64,000 nt of DNA, taken from NCBI GenBank assembly GCA_963706595.1, contig OY970166.1:2304001-2368000 (forward strand). Direction: 5' to 3'. Both the position numbers and the translations under genes were made by a program. Below the pieces are notes generated by a model. It worked only from the letters and a program-made list of their open reading frames with translations. It had not been told where the DNA came from and searched no databases. Below are positions 48,341-57,576 of this stretch, in pieces. Source of the stretch: an uncultured cyanobacterium (GTDB taxonomy: Bacteria; Cyanobacteriota; Cyanobacteriia; Cyanobacteriales; Nostocaceae). How positions within the stretch are numbered: position 1 is the first letter of the stretch; each line of letters opens with the position of its first letter.

Positions 48341-50059
48341 TTGCAAAATCTCGCCATTTTAGTATCCCAAAATTTAAAGTCAAATATGACTGTAACAGAC
48401 ACAGGCAAACTGAAGCTCATGGTCGTAGACGATGAGCAGGACAACTTAGATTTACTCTATCGTACTTTTAGGCGAGACTTTCAAGTATATAAAGCCAATC
48501 ATGCTTTGAGTGCGCTAGAAATTCTCGACAAAGAAGGCGAGATGGCTGTGATTATTTCGGATCAAAGGATGCCGGAAATGAACGGTACCGACTTTCTTAG
48601 TCTCACAGTGGAGCGATTTCCCGATACAATTCGGATTTTACTAACTGGCTTTACTGATGTTGAAGACTTGGTAGCGGCAATTAATTCTGGTCAAGTGTTC
48701 AAGTACATCACCAAACCCTGGAGTCCTGAACAACTTAAGGTATTAGTTGAGCAAGCCACTGATACATATTGCCTAGTCAAGAAGCGTACCCGCGAGTTAA
48801 GTCGGGCTTTGCGGCGAGAATCTTTGTTCAATGCGGTGACAACGGCAATTCGGGAATCCCTGGATTACGACAGTATGCTGCAAAAAATTGTGGCTACTAT
48901 TGGACACTCATTTGCAACAACTTGTTGTTTACTCAGACCAGTAGAAGGCGATCGCTTGACAGAAGAGGAATTTTGTTACCAAGACTCTAACTCCAGTTGC
49001 CCTGATTTTACCTACGATCCCAGTCTGTTAATTGAAAAAGTTCTCCAAACCCGCCATTATCAACTGACTCAAGATACTTATGACGGCAACAACTCTCAAC
49101 AGATGGTTGTACCACTGGCCTACCAGCAGCATTTGCTAGCTGTCCTTGCTATCTACCAGTGGGGAAAGGAACAACTTTGGCAAGAGGAAGAAATTCAACT
49201 GATGGCAGGTGTAGCTGAACAAGCAGCTTTAGCTCTCTCCCAAGCAAAACTCTACCAGCGCCTCCAAGAAAAGCAAGCACAGCTCGGCACTGAATTGGAA
49301 GTGGCTCGCCAAATTCAGCACAATCTGCTCCGCCAAACTCTACCAGATATCAATGGTGGGAAGGTGCAAGCCTGTTGCTACCCAGCCCATGAAGTGGGAG
49401 GAGATTTTTTTGAGGTATTTGTCCATCCCAAGGGCGATTTATGGTTAGCCGTGGGTGATGTTTCCGGTAAAGGTGTCCCAGCTGCTTTATTCATGGCTAG
49501 TGCAATTTCGGTATTACGCCGAGAATTAGCTCAAGAAACACCAGCCGAGCCAAATGTAGTGGTACATCACCTCAACAACGCTCTTGGTGATGACTTGATT
49601 GGCAACAATTGCTTCATTACCCTCGTCCTTGCTCGTTATACTCCTACAACCAAAGAATTAGTTTATGCTAATGCCGGTCACATCTATCCTTTAGTTTGGT
49701 CCCATCAAAACAATGTCGCCGTTAACCCGAATTATCTCAAAGTGCGTGGCATTCCTTTAGGTATATTGCCCCAGTGGCAAGCAAAATCGGGTCGCTTAAC
49801 TCTCGCTTCAGGAGATACCTTATTACTAGCTAGTGATGGAATTACTGAAGCTATGGTATCAAATAAATTTTTAAATCCTGGAACTACTGTGGATAGCCGA
49901 CAGCTAATCAGCCGTTCTATGCTCAATCAAGAAGGGCTTTGGACAATTTTACAAAGAGAACCCCAACCACTTTCTCTTGAAAATTTACTAGCTCGCATTC
50001 AAGCCGATCACCACATTCAAGAAGATGATCAAACTATACTCTCACTGGAGGTTTTATAG
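48341..50059 (+). CDS. REC-GAF-PP2C (SpoIIE/RsbU-like) phosphatase
   Basis: VDDE/SDQRMP receiver, GAF, VGGDFF, GDVSGKG, SDGITE, EDDQT. Confidence 0.92.
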   Translation: MQNLAILVSQNLKSNMTVTDTGKLKLMVVDDEQDNLDLLYRTFRRDFQVYKANHALSALEILDKEGEMAVIISDQRMPEMNGTDFLSLTVERFPDTIRILLTGFTDVEDLVAAINSGQVFKYITKPWSPEQLKVLVEQATDTYCLVKKRTRELSRALRRESLFNAVTTAIRESLDYDSMLQKIVATIGHSFATTCCLLRPVEGDRLTEEEFCYQDSNSSCPDFTYDPSLLIEKVLQTRHYQLTQDTYDGNNSQQMVVPLAYQQHLLAVLAIYQWGKEQLWQEEEIQLMAGVAEQAALALSQAKLYQRLQEKQAQLGTELEVARQIQHNLLRQTLPDINGGKVQACCYPAHEVGGDFFEVFVHPKGDLWLAVGDVSGKGVPAALFMASAISVLRRELAQETPAEPNVVVHHLNNALGDDLIGNNCFITLVLARYTPTTKELVYANAGHIYPLVWSHQNNVAVNPNYLKVRGIPLGILPQWQAKSGRLTLASGDTLLLASDGITEAMVSNKFLNPGTTVDSRQLISRSMLNQEGLWTILQREPQPLSLENLLARIQADHHIQEDDQTILSLEVL

Positions 50060-50062
50060 GTA

Positions 50063-50488
50063 ATGAAAAGTGAGCTTCATGTACCAAGTGATCTGAATTA
50101 TTTAAATATCGTCGAAGGCTGGCTATTAGGGTGCTTAAAAATACACCTTAAAGAATCAGTTGATTGGTCAAGGCAATCAAGTCGTTTGCGGCTAGCTTTG
50201 GTGGAAGCATATTCAAATGCAGTCCGTCATGCCCACAAAGAACAGCCTAGTTTGCCGGTTCTATTGCGTTTGGAACTGAAAAACCGAGATATTGCCATAG
50301 AAATTTGGGACTATGGCGAAGGCTTTGATATCGCTACCTACTTTCCGCCCAATCCTACAGATAAACAAGAAGGCGGTTATGGATGGCTGATTATGAATCG
50401 TCTGATGGATAATGTTGAATATCAGTTACAAGTTGATGGTGCAAATTGCCTCAAGTTAGAAGCTACTCTACCAGAATTAACTAGTTAG
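50063..50488 (+). CDS. Anti-sigma factor / Ser kinase (RsbW-like HATPase)
   Basis: EAYSNAVRHA, DYGEGF, EGGYGW. Confidence 0.88.
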   Translation: MKSELHVPSDLNYLNIVEGWLLGCLKIHLKESVDWSRQSSRLRLALVEAYSNAVRHAHKEQPSLPVLLRLELKNRDIAIEIWDYGEGFDIATYFPPNPTDKQEGGYGWLIMNRLMDNVEYQLQVDGANCLKLEATLPELTS

Positions 50489-50810
50489 AAATTTTGACAA
50501 TTTTGGTTGGCTAAATTGACGATTGCTAGACTTTTTCAGTATTGTTTACGCTCACTTACATAAAAAGTCTGGTAATTGCCGATTTTCCAGTAGTGCTGTT
50601 AGCGCCACGGGTATTGTGAATAAAGATGAAGTTAAATCATAATTTTTGCTAATTTAAGTTGATTTATCAGTGGTAATTATTAAATACTGGATATAGTAGC
50701 AAGCCTAAAAGCCGATTTTATATCTACAGCAAAAAAGCTAATGGCATAGCTCTACAACTCCCAGGATAGACGAGCGGGTAAAGAATTACACTGAGTCAAC
50801 CAAAGTTGTT

Positions 50811-51263
50811 ATGACGAAATCTATGCAAGCTTTATTTTGTTTGTCGCCACGCTATCGCCTTGATGATGAATCACCTTGGCTACAGGGTATCGACCCCAGT
50901 CGTCATTATTGGATTTCAGTGAATGGAGACAGCAATTTCACAATAGCTATACCTGGATTGGTAGTTTCTTCAATGGATGAATTGAAGCAAGCTATCCGCC
51001 AATTTCGCTCTTTGCAGCCTGGGGAACAAATGACTGTGAACAGAATTGCCAGTGATTGTACAATTCACTGTATTAGTCCTAATTGTTACGCTGTGGAAGC
51101 GGAAATTAATGATGCTCCAATTTGGCATCTGTTTGATCAAGAAACGTTAGATAGTTTATTAATGACGGCACACCCAGAATGGCAATGTGCGCCATCAGAT
51201 ATTGAGTTAGGTCGGAAATTGTTAATGCGCTCTTTGCTGCAAACATCTGTCACCAAAAAATAA
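50811..51263 (+). CDS. Conserved cyanobacterial hypothetical protein
   Basis: 150-aa ORF with normal codon usage. Confidence 0.7.
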   Translation: MTKSMQALFCLSPRYRLDDESPWLQGIDPSRHYWISVNGDSNFTIAIPGLVVSSMDELKQAIRQFRSLQPGEQMTVNRIASDCTIHCISPNCYAVEAEINDAPIWHLFDQETLDSLLMTAHPEWQCAPSDIELGRKLLMRSLLQTSVTKK

Positions 51264-51281
51264 CCCAGATGAAAATTTGGG

Positions 51282-51731
51282 CTAATTTTCCCGACGCAGA
51301 GCCAGTAAATCCTGGGGAGAACCTAACAGTTTGATTTTAGCGTTGACAATTTGCCGTTGTCGGTTGAGGATAAAGAACCAAGTGACATTGACACCACACC
51401 AGGAAGTTTCCGCTTTACCTGTCACCTGAAACTGGATTTGGTCATGTTCTAAAGTTTCGACAATTCCTTGACGCGGACAAGCTTGAATATTGTCAGCTTC
51501 TTGTTCTAAATAGAGAGCGATCGCCTCTGGTCCCACAATACCAGATTCAAAGGGCGGATACATCACCCCATCATCAGCAAATAAGGCCGCAGTTGCTGGA
51601 AATTCTCCGGCGTTGAGAGTTTCAAAGTAACGCAGGATAGTGGGTTCGGCGATTCCGTCTATCTGGAATTTTTCTGTGGTTCTAGCGGCGACATTTCTCT
51701 GCGTTGCCTCAATAGATTCAGCATTTGTCAT
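51282..51731 (-). CDS. OCP C-terminal domain homolog (CTDH/CCP, NTF2-like)
   Basis: YFETLNAGEF, PPFE, VTGK.ETSWCGVNV, KLL.SPQDLL. Confidence 0.85.
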   Translation of the reverse strand: MTNAESIEATQRNVAARTTEKFQIDGIAEPTILRYFETLNAGEFPATAALFADDGVMYPPFESGIVGPEAIALYLEQEADNIQACPRQGIVETLEHDQIQFQVTGKAETSWCGVNVTWFFILNRQRQIVNAKIKLLGSPQDLLALRREN

Positions 51732-51971
51732 ATATTTACCTTAAATAGGCTAGCTGAAGTTAATTGAAAGTTAAAAATAAAATTAAAAAAAGATCCTGTG
51801 GAAAGAGATTGCCAAAAGTGCAAAACCTCTTTAGTTATATATTGTATTATTGCTTAACAAAAATTCAATAATTATTATATAGCGGTGGGTTAGCAAATGT
51901 TGAACCCAGGTTTTCAAAGGATAATGTATAAATAAGCTGCCGATAATTGCGGCTAAATACACCTAAGAAAA

Positions 51972-52925
51972 ATGGATCAGCATTCTGTGACTAGCAGCAG
52001 TGTAGTTAAAGAAAAAGCCAGAGAGTTGGGATTTCACAAAGTCGGTATTACTGCTGTAGATGGAGTAGATAATACCGACGCACAGAGGTTAAAAGCCTGG
52101 ATAAGTCTGGGTTATCACGCCGATATGGAGTGGATGAATAGCCCCAAGCGTCAGGATATGAGCTTAATTATGCCAGAGGTGCGATCGCTAATATCTGTCG
52201 CCCTCAATTACTACACACCAGACCAACGTCCTGAAGGCGAAGAATACGCCAAAATTTCGCGTTATGGCTGGGGTAGGGACTATCATAAAGTGATGCATAA
52301 AAAGCTGAAGGCGCTGATGTTGTGGCTAGAATCACTGGGTGCAGGTATTCAAGCGAGATATTATGCAGACACTGGCCCGGTACAAGATAAAGTTTGGGCG
52401 CAACGAGCCGGAATCGGTTGGATTGCCAAAAATGGTAATCTGATTACTAGAGAATATGGTTCTTGGGTATTTTTAGGAGAGATGATCACAAATTTGCAAT
52501 TAGAGAGCGATCGCCCACATACAGAACACTGTGGTAGCTGCACTCGTTGTCTAGACGCTTGTCCCACAGGGGCAATTACCCAACCCTTTGTAGTTGATGC
52601 TAATCGCTGCATTGCCTATCATACCATCGAAAATCGGTCAGAAACATTACCTGAGACAATAGCACCCAATTTACAAGGTTGGGTTGCAGGTTGCGACATT
52701 TGCCAAGATGTGTGTCCGTGGAATCAGCGTTTTGCCCAGACAACTGATGTAGCAGATTTTCAACCTTATCCTGCTAATATTGCCCCTCATCTGATAGAAT
52801 TAGCCAACATCTCAAAAGAGGAGTGGGATAAACGATTTCCTGCATCTGCCTTGCGGCGGATTAAGCCAGAAATGTTAAGGCGAAATGCCCGTGCTAATCT
52901 TGACGCATCCAAAGTTAACGAATGA
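51972..52925 (+). CDS. queG: tRNA epoxyqueuosine reductase
   Basis: ISRYGWGRDYH, CGSCTRCLDACPTGA, GCDICQDVCPWN. Confidence 0.95.
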   Translation: MDQHSVTSSSVVKEKARELGFHKVGITAVDGVDNTDAQRLKAWISLGYHADMEWMNSPKRQDMSLIMPEVRSLISVALNYYTPDQRPEGEEYAKISRYGWGRDYHKVMHKKLKALMLWLESLGAGIQARYYADTGPVQDKVWAQRAGIGWIAKNGNLITREYGSWVFLGEMITNLQLESDRPHTEHCGSCTRCLDACPTGAITQPFVVDANRCIAYHTIENRSETLPETIAPNLQGWVAGCDICQDVCPWNQRFAQTTDVADFQPYPANIAPHLIELANISKEEWDKRFPASALRRIKPEMLRRNARANLDASKVNE

Positions 52926-53557
52926 CCCAGAAAGTAATTATTTTTGATTTTGATGGCACGATTGCGGATACAGTAGATGCTCTTGTGACTATTGCCAATC
53001 GTTTAGCTTTAGAGTTTGGTTATATCCAAATTACTCCAGAGGAACTTGCCCTACTCAGAACTTTTAGCTCTAGAGAAATTATTAAATACTCAGGAATCTC
53101 TTTATTTAAAATTCCGTTTCTCCTCAAGAAAGTTAAAGGCGAATTAAAATACAAAATTAAAGAATTTAAACCGATCCTGGGTATTCATGAAGCTTTAACA
53201 GAACTGCAAAACGAAGGTTATAGATTAGGAATTATTACGTCTAATTCTCAAGAAAATGTCACAGCTTTTCTGAAAAATAACGAATTAGAATATTTATTCG
53301 ACTTTATTTATTCAGGAGTCACAATTTTTGGGAAAACAACCATAATTAATAACGTTTTAAGGCAAAAACAACTCAAAACTCAAGCAGTCATTTATGTCGG
53401 GGATGAAACCAGGGATATAGAAGCTTCAAAAAAAGCTAATATTAAAGTAATTGCAGTCACTTGGGGCTTTAATTCTTCCGAAGCTTTAGCTAAACAAAAG
53501 CCAGATTTTCTAATTAACCATCCCAGCGAACTCCTAGAAGTTGTCAAAAAGTGCTGA
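52922..53557 (+). CDS. HAD-family hydrolase
   Basis: FDFDGTIAD, TSN, VGDETRD. Confidence 0.9.
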   Translation: MTQKVIIFDFDGTIADTVDALVTIANRLALEFGYIQITPEELALLRTFSSREIIKYSGISLFKIPFLLKKVKGELKYKIKEFKPILGIHEALTELQNEGYRLGIITSNSQENVTAFLKNNELEYLFDFIYSGVTIFGKTTIINNVLRQKQLKTQAVIYVGDETRDIEASKKANIKVIAVTWGFNSSEALAKQKPDFLINHPSELLEVVKKC

Positions 53558-53672
53558 GAGGTTGTTTGTTAACTGCCAAACTTGACCGAATTAAACTCTT
53601 TTAAAGCCTCTCATCCTATGGGAAAGAGGCTTTGAAAATACCATATTTATTTCGGGTAAATTTTGGAAAAAA

Positions 53673-54047
53673 TTACTGTTTTGATTGACCTTTTTTAAAA
53701 GCTTTTTGAATTAAATCATCGCTAACATTAGTTACAGCGTCAGTTCTAGAACCCCCAAGTTCCTTGGCCATTTCTACATAGTCTTTGGGGTTCCCTGATG
53801 ATTGCGCTTCAGTTTTTGTTTCTTTGACTTCAGAAACTTTTTGTTGCGGTGCTGTGGCGGCTGAAGCGGCTGCTGCACCTTCATTTGTCCGGTCGATTTC
53901 ACTCACACTAAATTCCTGTGCAGCTGCATAATCGGATTCAAAATCAACCTTTGCTGCTTTTTCTTCACCACTAGCCAGATTATCAGCAGCTAATTGTGCA
54001 TCATGGGTAATAGCTTGATTTGCATCTGGTTTCACTTGATCAGCCAT
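53673..54047 (-). CDS. Hydrophilic hypothetical protein
   Basis: 124-aa Ala/acidic ORF. Confidence 0.7.
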   Translation of the reverse strand: MADQVKPDANQAITHDAQLAADNLASGEEKAAKVDFESDYAAAQEFSVSEIDRTNEGAAAASAATAPQQKVSEVKETKTEAQSSGNPKDYVEMAKELGGSRTDAVTNVSDDLIQKAFKKGQSKQ

Positions 54048-54249
54048 AAATAACGCCTTGGGTAATTTTGCAATTGCTGGAGCGATCTTACCAAAGCTAT
54101 TCGCAATTTTCTTTCTGTCTAGGGAGAGATTTATACATCCTCTAAAGATAGATCAAAGCTATTTAATATAACTCTTTCTTTAGGCAGTAGATTCTTACTA
54201 ATAAAGCTTGGTAATCATGAATTGAATTGATTAATCATGGAGACCCATT

Positions 54250-54780
54250 GTGACTAAAACTTCAAATAAAACAGTTTCCCAAGCACTAAGTAATGAAACT
54301 ATAAAAGTAGTTGAAGGGTTTAATGCCTTAGATACTGATGCTAAATTAGCATGGTTTTATTTTGTTTATAAAAAAATGGGTAAATCCATTACTCCTGCGG
54401 CTCCAGATGCGGCTGAACCAGAACTTGCACCCCTGCTTTTAGGAGACTATTTAAAGTTGTCACCAGAGCAACAATTAACAATTATGCGGGATATTGTGGA
54501 GGGTAAAGACACAGATTATTCCCGTGCTTATGGCGCGATTAAAGAAAATAATCAACTTTTAGTTTGGTATGCTTGGGCTGCGGCTATGGGAGATCAAGTA
54601 GTAGGAATGCCAGATAATTACCAGCGTACTGATGCAATCAAAAATTTGCTTTCCCAAACTGAAAAACTAGATTTTGAAGGACAAATATCTGTGTTCCGCA
54701 CCATTGCGGGTCAAATGGGCTACAGCGACGTTCAGCCAATTGAGACACAAGCACAAACCGGCAAAACCCCTAGTTTGTAA
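54250..54780 (+). CDS. Helical carotenoid protein (OCP N-terminal domain homolog)
   Basis: LAWFYFVY..MGKSITPAAP, SRAYG, LLVWY, MG pattern. Confidence 0.85.
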   Translation: MTKTSNKTVSQALSNETIKVVEGFNALDTDAKLAWFYFVYKKMGKSITPAAPDAAEPELAPLLLGDYLKLSPEQQLTIMRDIVEGKDTDYSRAYGAIKENNQLLVWYAWAAAMGDQVVGMPDNYQRTDAIKNLLSQTEKLDFEGQISVFRTIAGQMGYSDVQPIETQAQTGKTPSL

Positions 54781-54788
54781 CCGTAACT

Positions 54789-54913
54789 TGTAGAGACGCG
54801 ATTCATCGCGTCTGATTCATCGCGTCTGATTCATCACGTCTGTGCTGGGGAATCGGGAATAATAAAATATGGAACCTCACCCCCAACCCCTCTCCTTATT
54901 AAGGAGAGGGGAG
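54789..54913. repeat. Repeat cluster: TGTAGAGACGC + (GATTCATCGCGTCT)x3, then a CCCCTCTCCTT-AT-TAAGGAGAGGGG hairpin
   Basis: Directly visible between convergent genes. Confidence 0.85.
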
Positions 54914-54917
54914 ATTT

Positions 54918-55685
54918 TTATGAGGACATTGTGACTTGAGTTAAATCTTTTGGTGTTAAGTTGCTGTGAACAACTGCGCCATCACGAAACCAAACAATAC
55001 GTTGGGTTTGACGCGCCACTTCTGATTCATGAGTCACCATGACAACGGTGATTCCACTGTCATTTAATTCGGTGAAAATATCCAAGACTTCCTGGGTTGT
55101 GTGGGAATCAAGTGCGCCTGTGGGTTCATCGGCGAGGAGGACAACGGGACGGTTAACTATAGCACGAGCGATCGCAACCCGTTGCTGCTGTCCACCAGAT
55201 AATTGCGTGGGTTTATTATTGAGGCGCTTTTCTAAACCGACTTTTGTCAATGCTTCAGTGGCGCGATCGCGTCTTTCGCTGGGGTTGACGCTGGCATAAA
55301 CCATTGGTAACATGACGTTTTCTAAGGCTGTCAGTTGGGGTAATAAGTGGAATTGTTGGAAGACAAACCCCAGTTTTTTATTGCGGATTTTTGCTAAATC
55401 TGCATCGTTCATTTGGGCGACATCAAGGTTATCTAAATAATAATGTCCGGTGGTGGGGCGATCTAAACAGCCGATAATATTCATGGCTGTGGATTTACCA
55501 GAACCAGAAGGCCCCATAATTGAACAATATTCGCCTTCATGGATCGTCAAATTCACATCATTGAGGGCTTTGACTTCGGTTTCACCACTTCCATAGATTT
55601 TAAAGATATTTTCTAGGCGAATAATTGCCGATTGCGGTGCAGGGTTAGGAACGAGAGAATCGGTAATTGTGATAGTTTTTGCCAT
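54918..55685 (-). CDS. ABC ATP-binding protein (LolD/MacB-like)
   Basis: [34 protein letters not shown]. Confidence 0.92.
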   Translation of the reverse strand: MAKTITITDSLVPNPAPQSAIIRLENIFKIYGSGETEVKALNDVNLTIHEGEYCSIMGPSGSGKSTAMNIIGCLDRPTTGHYYLDNLDVAQMNDADLAKIRNKKLGFVFQQFHLLPQLTALENVMLPMVYASVNPSERRDRATEALTKVGLEKRLNNKPTQLSGGQQQRVAIARAIVNRPVVLLADEPTGALDSHTTQEVLDIFTELNDSGITVVMVTHESEVARQTQRIVWFRDGAVVHSNLTPKDLTQVTMSS

Positions 55686-55707
55686 AAGAATTTAGTTATT
55701 GGTCTAC

Positions 55708-57129
55708 TTACTTCTTATTTCTAGGATAGTATTTCCATTTCGTGATCAGCCAACCAACACCGATAAATAATAATGTAGCAATAAAACTAAAAAGCAGGGA
55801 TGCGTAAATGGGATGAGGTGGATTTTTGGGAAATATCGCAGCGAGGGGATTATTGCTTTCGCTGATGTATTGGATGATAATGCCAGAAATAATTGCACCG
55901 CCACCCAAGCCAATACCTAATATTTGGATGGTGTTTTCTAGGGAGCGATCACGTTCAGCTTGTTCTATTTCTACTATAGCCCGAATTGAATCTAGGGCTT
56001 TACCCAATAGTTCTAAACCGTGGCGAAAATAACCTAAATCTGCGGTTATTTGTTGTTGAAAATAAAGGCTAGTTTTTTGACTAAAAAATTCTAAGAAGCT
56101 GACATCACCACCAATCGTATCACGAATACGCTGTAATGTTTCATTGTAATTGTAGGTGTGAATAGCAATTGTGTTTTGTTGTTCTTCTAAATCTCGCAGT
56201 AGGCGCGTGTATTCTAATGCAATTTGAGGTAGAACTTTTAATTGGTTTTGTAAATCAGTTAAATCTCCTGTATTACTAGATTTTTTATCGTTTATTTTTG
56301 GTAAGTTTTCAATAGTTGTTTCTATTTGACGATAGGCTATATCTAGTTTTTGATAAGTTTTCTTACTGTCTTTATAAGCTTTTACAGATTTGGTGCGGAA
56401 GAAAAATAAATCTAGTAAATCTTTATAGCATTCATTAAACTTAATATCTGCTTGTTTATCGGCAAATAGCCAAATTAAAACGTGTTGATAATTATCTAAT
56501 TGACTAAATAAGCCATATTCAAAAATTGGACTACCAAATAATTCACCTTGGCGATTAAATGGTGGTAATGGATAATTATCAGGAAAGAGAGATTTTAAAC
56601 ATTCGTTGGCTATTTCTTGGCTGCTTTTTTTATCCTTTGCACCTGTTAACCAACCAGTAACTAGCAAAGTTTGACCAAGAAATAAAGGTTTTTCTGGCAG
56701 AATTAAACAATTACTTGGATTTAACTGGCGTAAAAAAGCAATCTCTAGACTATCTGTATTGTAATTATTTTCTGTTTCTGGACGGCGTAAATTTAGCCAC
56801 AAACCGTAGCTATCATGAAACCGTAGAGGATAAGCAAAGCCGTTAACTAGCAAGTCTTGGTTGAAAGTAACTTTACCCTCAAAATTGACAGCATAGTTAT
56901 CATCTATAATTTCTGTGTCTTTGAGCAAATCAACACGAGGATTATTTGGTTCTTTATCAACATCAAGGCGCTGACTGAGATGCAAGTCTTGGTGTAAGGT
57001 TGTGCGGACTATCTCATTACCAGTATTCCAAATCAGATTTTTATCTATTAATGAATCATTTACGTCAATATTGGAGATTTTGTATAGTTGAAAAGCAAAT
57101 AAATGGATATTTGGCGCATAAATTTTCAT
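55708..57129 (-). CDS. Unknown protein with long coiled coil and two C-terminal TM helices (CorA-like topology)
   Basis: 473 aa, helical heptad region, TM segments ILGIGLGGGAIISGIII and LLFSFIATLLFIGVGWLI. Confidence 0.8.
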   Translation of the reverse strand: MKIYAPNIHLFAFQLYKISNIDVNDSLIDKNLIWNTGNEIVRTTLHQDLHLSQRLDVDKEPNNPRVDLLKDTEIIDDNYAVNFEGKVTFNQDLLVNGFAYPLRFHDSYGLWLNLRRPETENNYNTDSLEIAFLRQLNPSNCLILPEKPLFLGQTLLVTGWLTGAKDKKSSQEIANECLKSLFPDNYPLPPFNRQGELFGSPIFEYGLFSQLDNYQHVLIWLFADKQADIKFNECYKDLLDLFFFRTKSVKAYKDSKKTYQKLDIAYRQIETTIENLPKINDKKSSNTGDLTDLQNQLKVLPQIALEYTRLLRDLEEQQNTIAIHTYNYNETLQRIRDTIGGDVSFLEFFSQKTSLYFQQQITADLGYFRHGLELLGKALDSIRAIVEIEQAERDRSLENTIQILGIGLGGGAIISGIIIQYISESNNPLAAIFPKNPPHPIYASLLFSFIATLLFIGVGWLITKWKYYPRNKK

Positions 57130-57470
57130 GGTTTGTTTGGCTGGTTTGTAGCTGTTTTATTATTGTGCAATTTTGCGAGGTCTTCTTCCAAAACTCGGTA
57201 GCGATTTTCTTGGATATTTTCTTGGTTTTCTGGTTGAGTTTTACGCACTCTCGTAATTTCTCTTTCTTCAATTAGTACCGCATCTCTCACATCTTCATAT
57301 TCGATGTACCACAGGCGAAGTACTTCTGCTACTAAATCAGGTGTTTGGGTTTCTAATTCGGCTAGGTTTTTTTGTAGTTCGGGGATGGCTGTGATAGCCT
57401 CTGGGGAGAAAACATAATCTTGCTCTCTCACAACTTGGGTAAATGCTTGGATGAGTTTATCTGGTTCCAT
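57126..57470 (-). CDS. Small acidic hypothetical protein, translationally coupled to the 473-aa gene
   Basis: ATGA overlap at 57126-57129. Confidence 0.75.
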   Translation of the reverse strand: MEPDKLIQAFTQVVREQDYVFSPEAITAIPELQKNLAELETQTPDLVAEVLRLWYIEYEDVRDAVLIEEREITRVRKTQPENQENIQENRYRVLEEDLAKLHNNKTATNQPNKP

Positions 57471-57533
57471 CGGTTTAGTTTTGGGGTTGGTTAAATATTA
57501 TCATATCCACCTTATAGGTTATTGCCATAAATA

Positions 57534-57566
57534 AGATCCCCGACTTCTTGAAGAAGTCGGGGATCT
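57534..57566. repeat. Perfect palindrome AGATCCCCGACTTCTT-G-AAGAAGTCGGGGATCT
   Basis: 16-bp arms just after the CHAT stop codon. Could be a dispersed repeat or an RNA-stabilising hairpin. Confidence 0.8.
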
Positions 57567-57576
57567 GAATCTCTCA

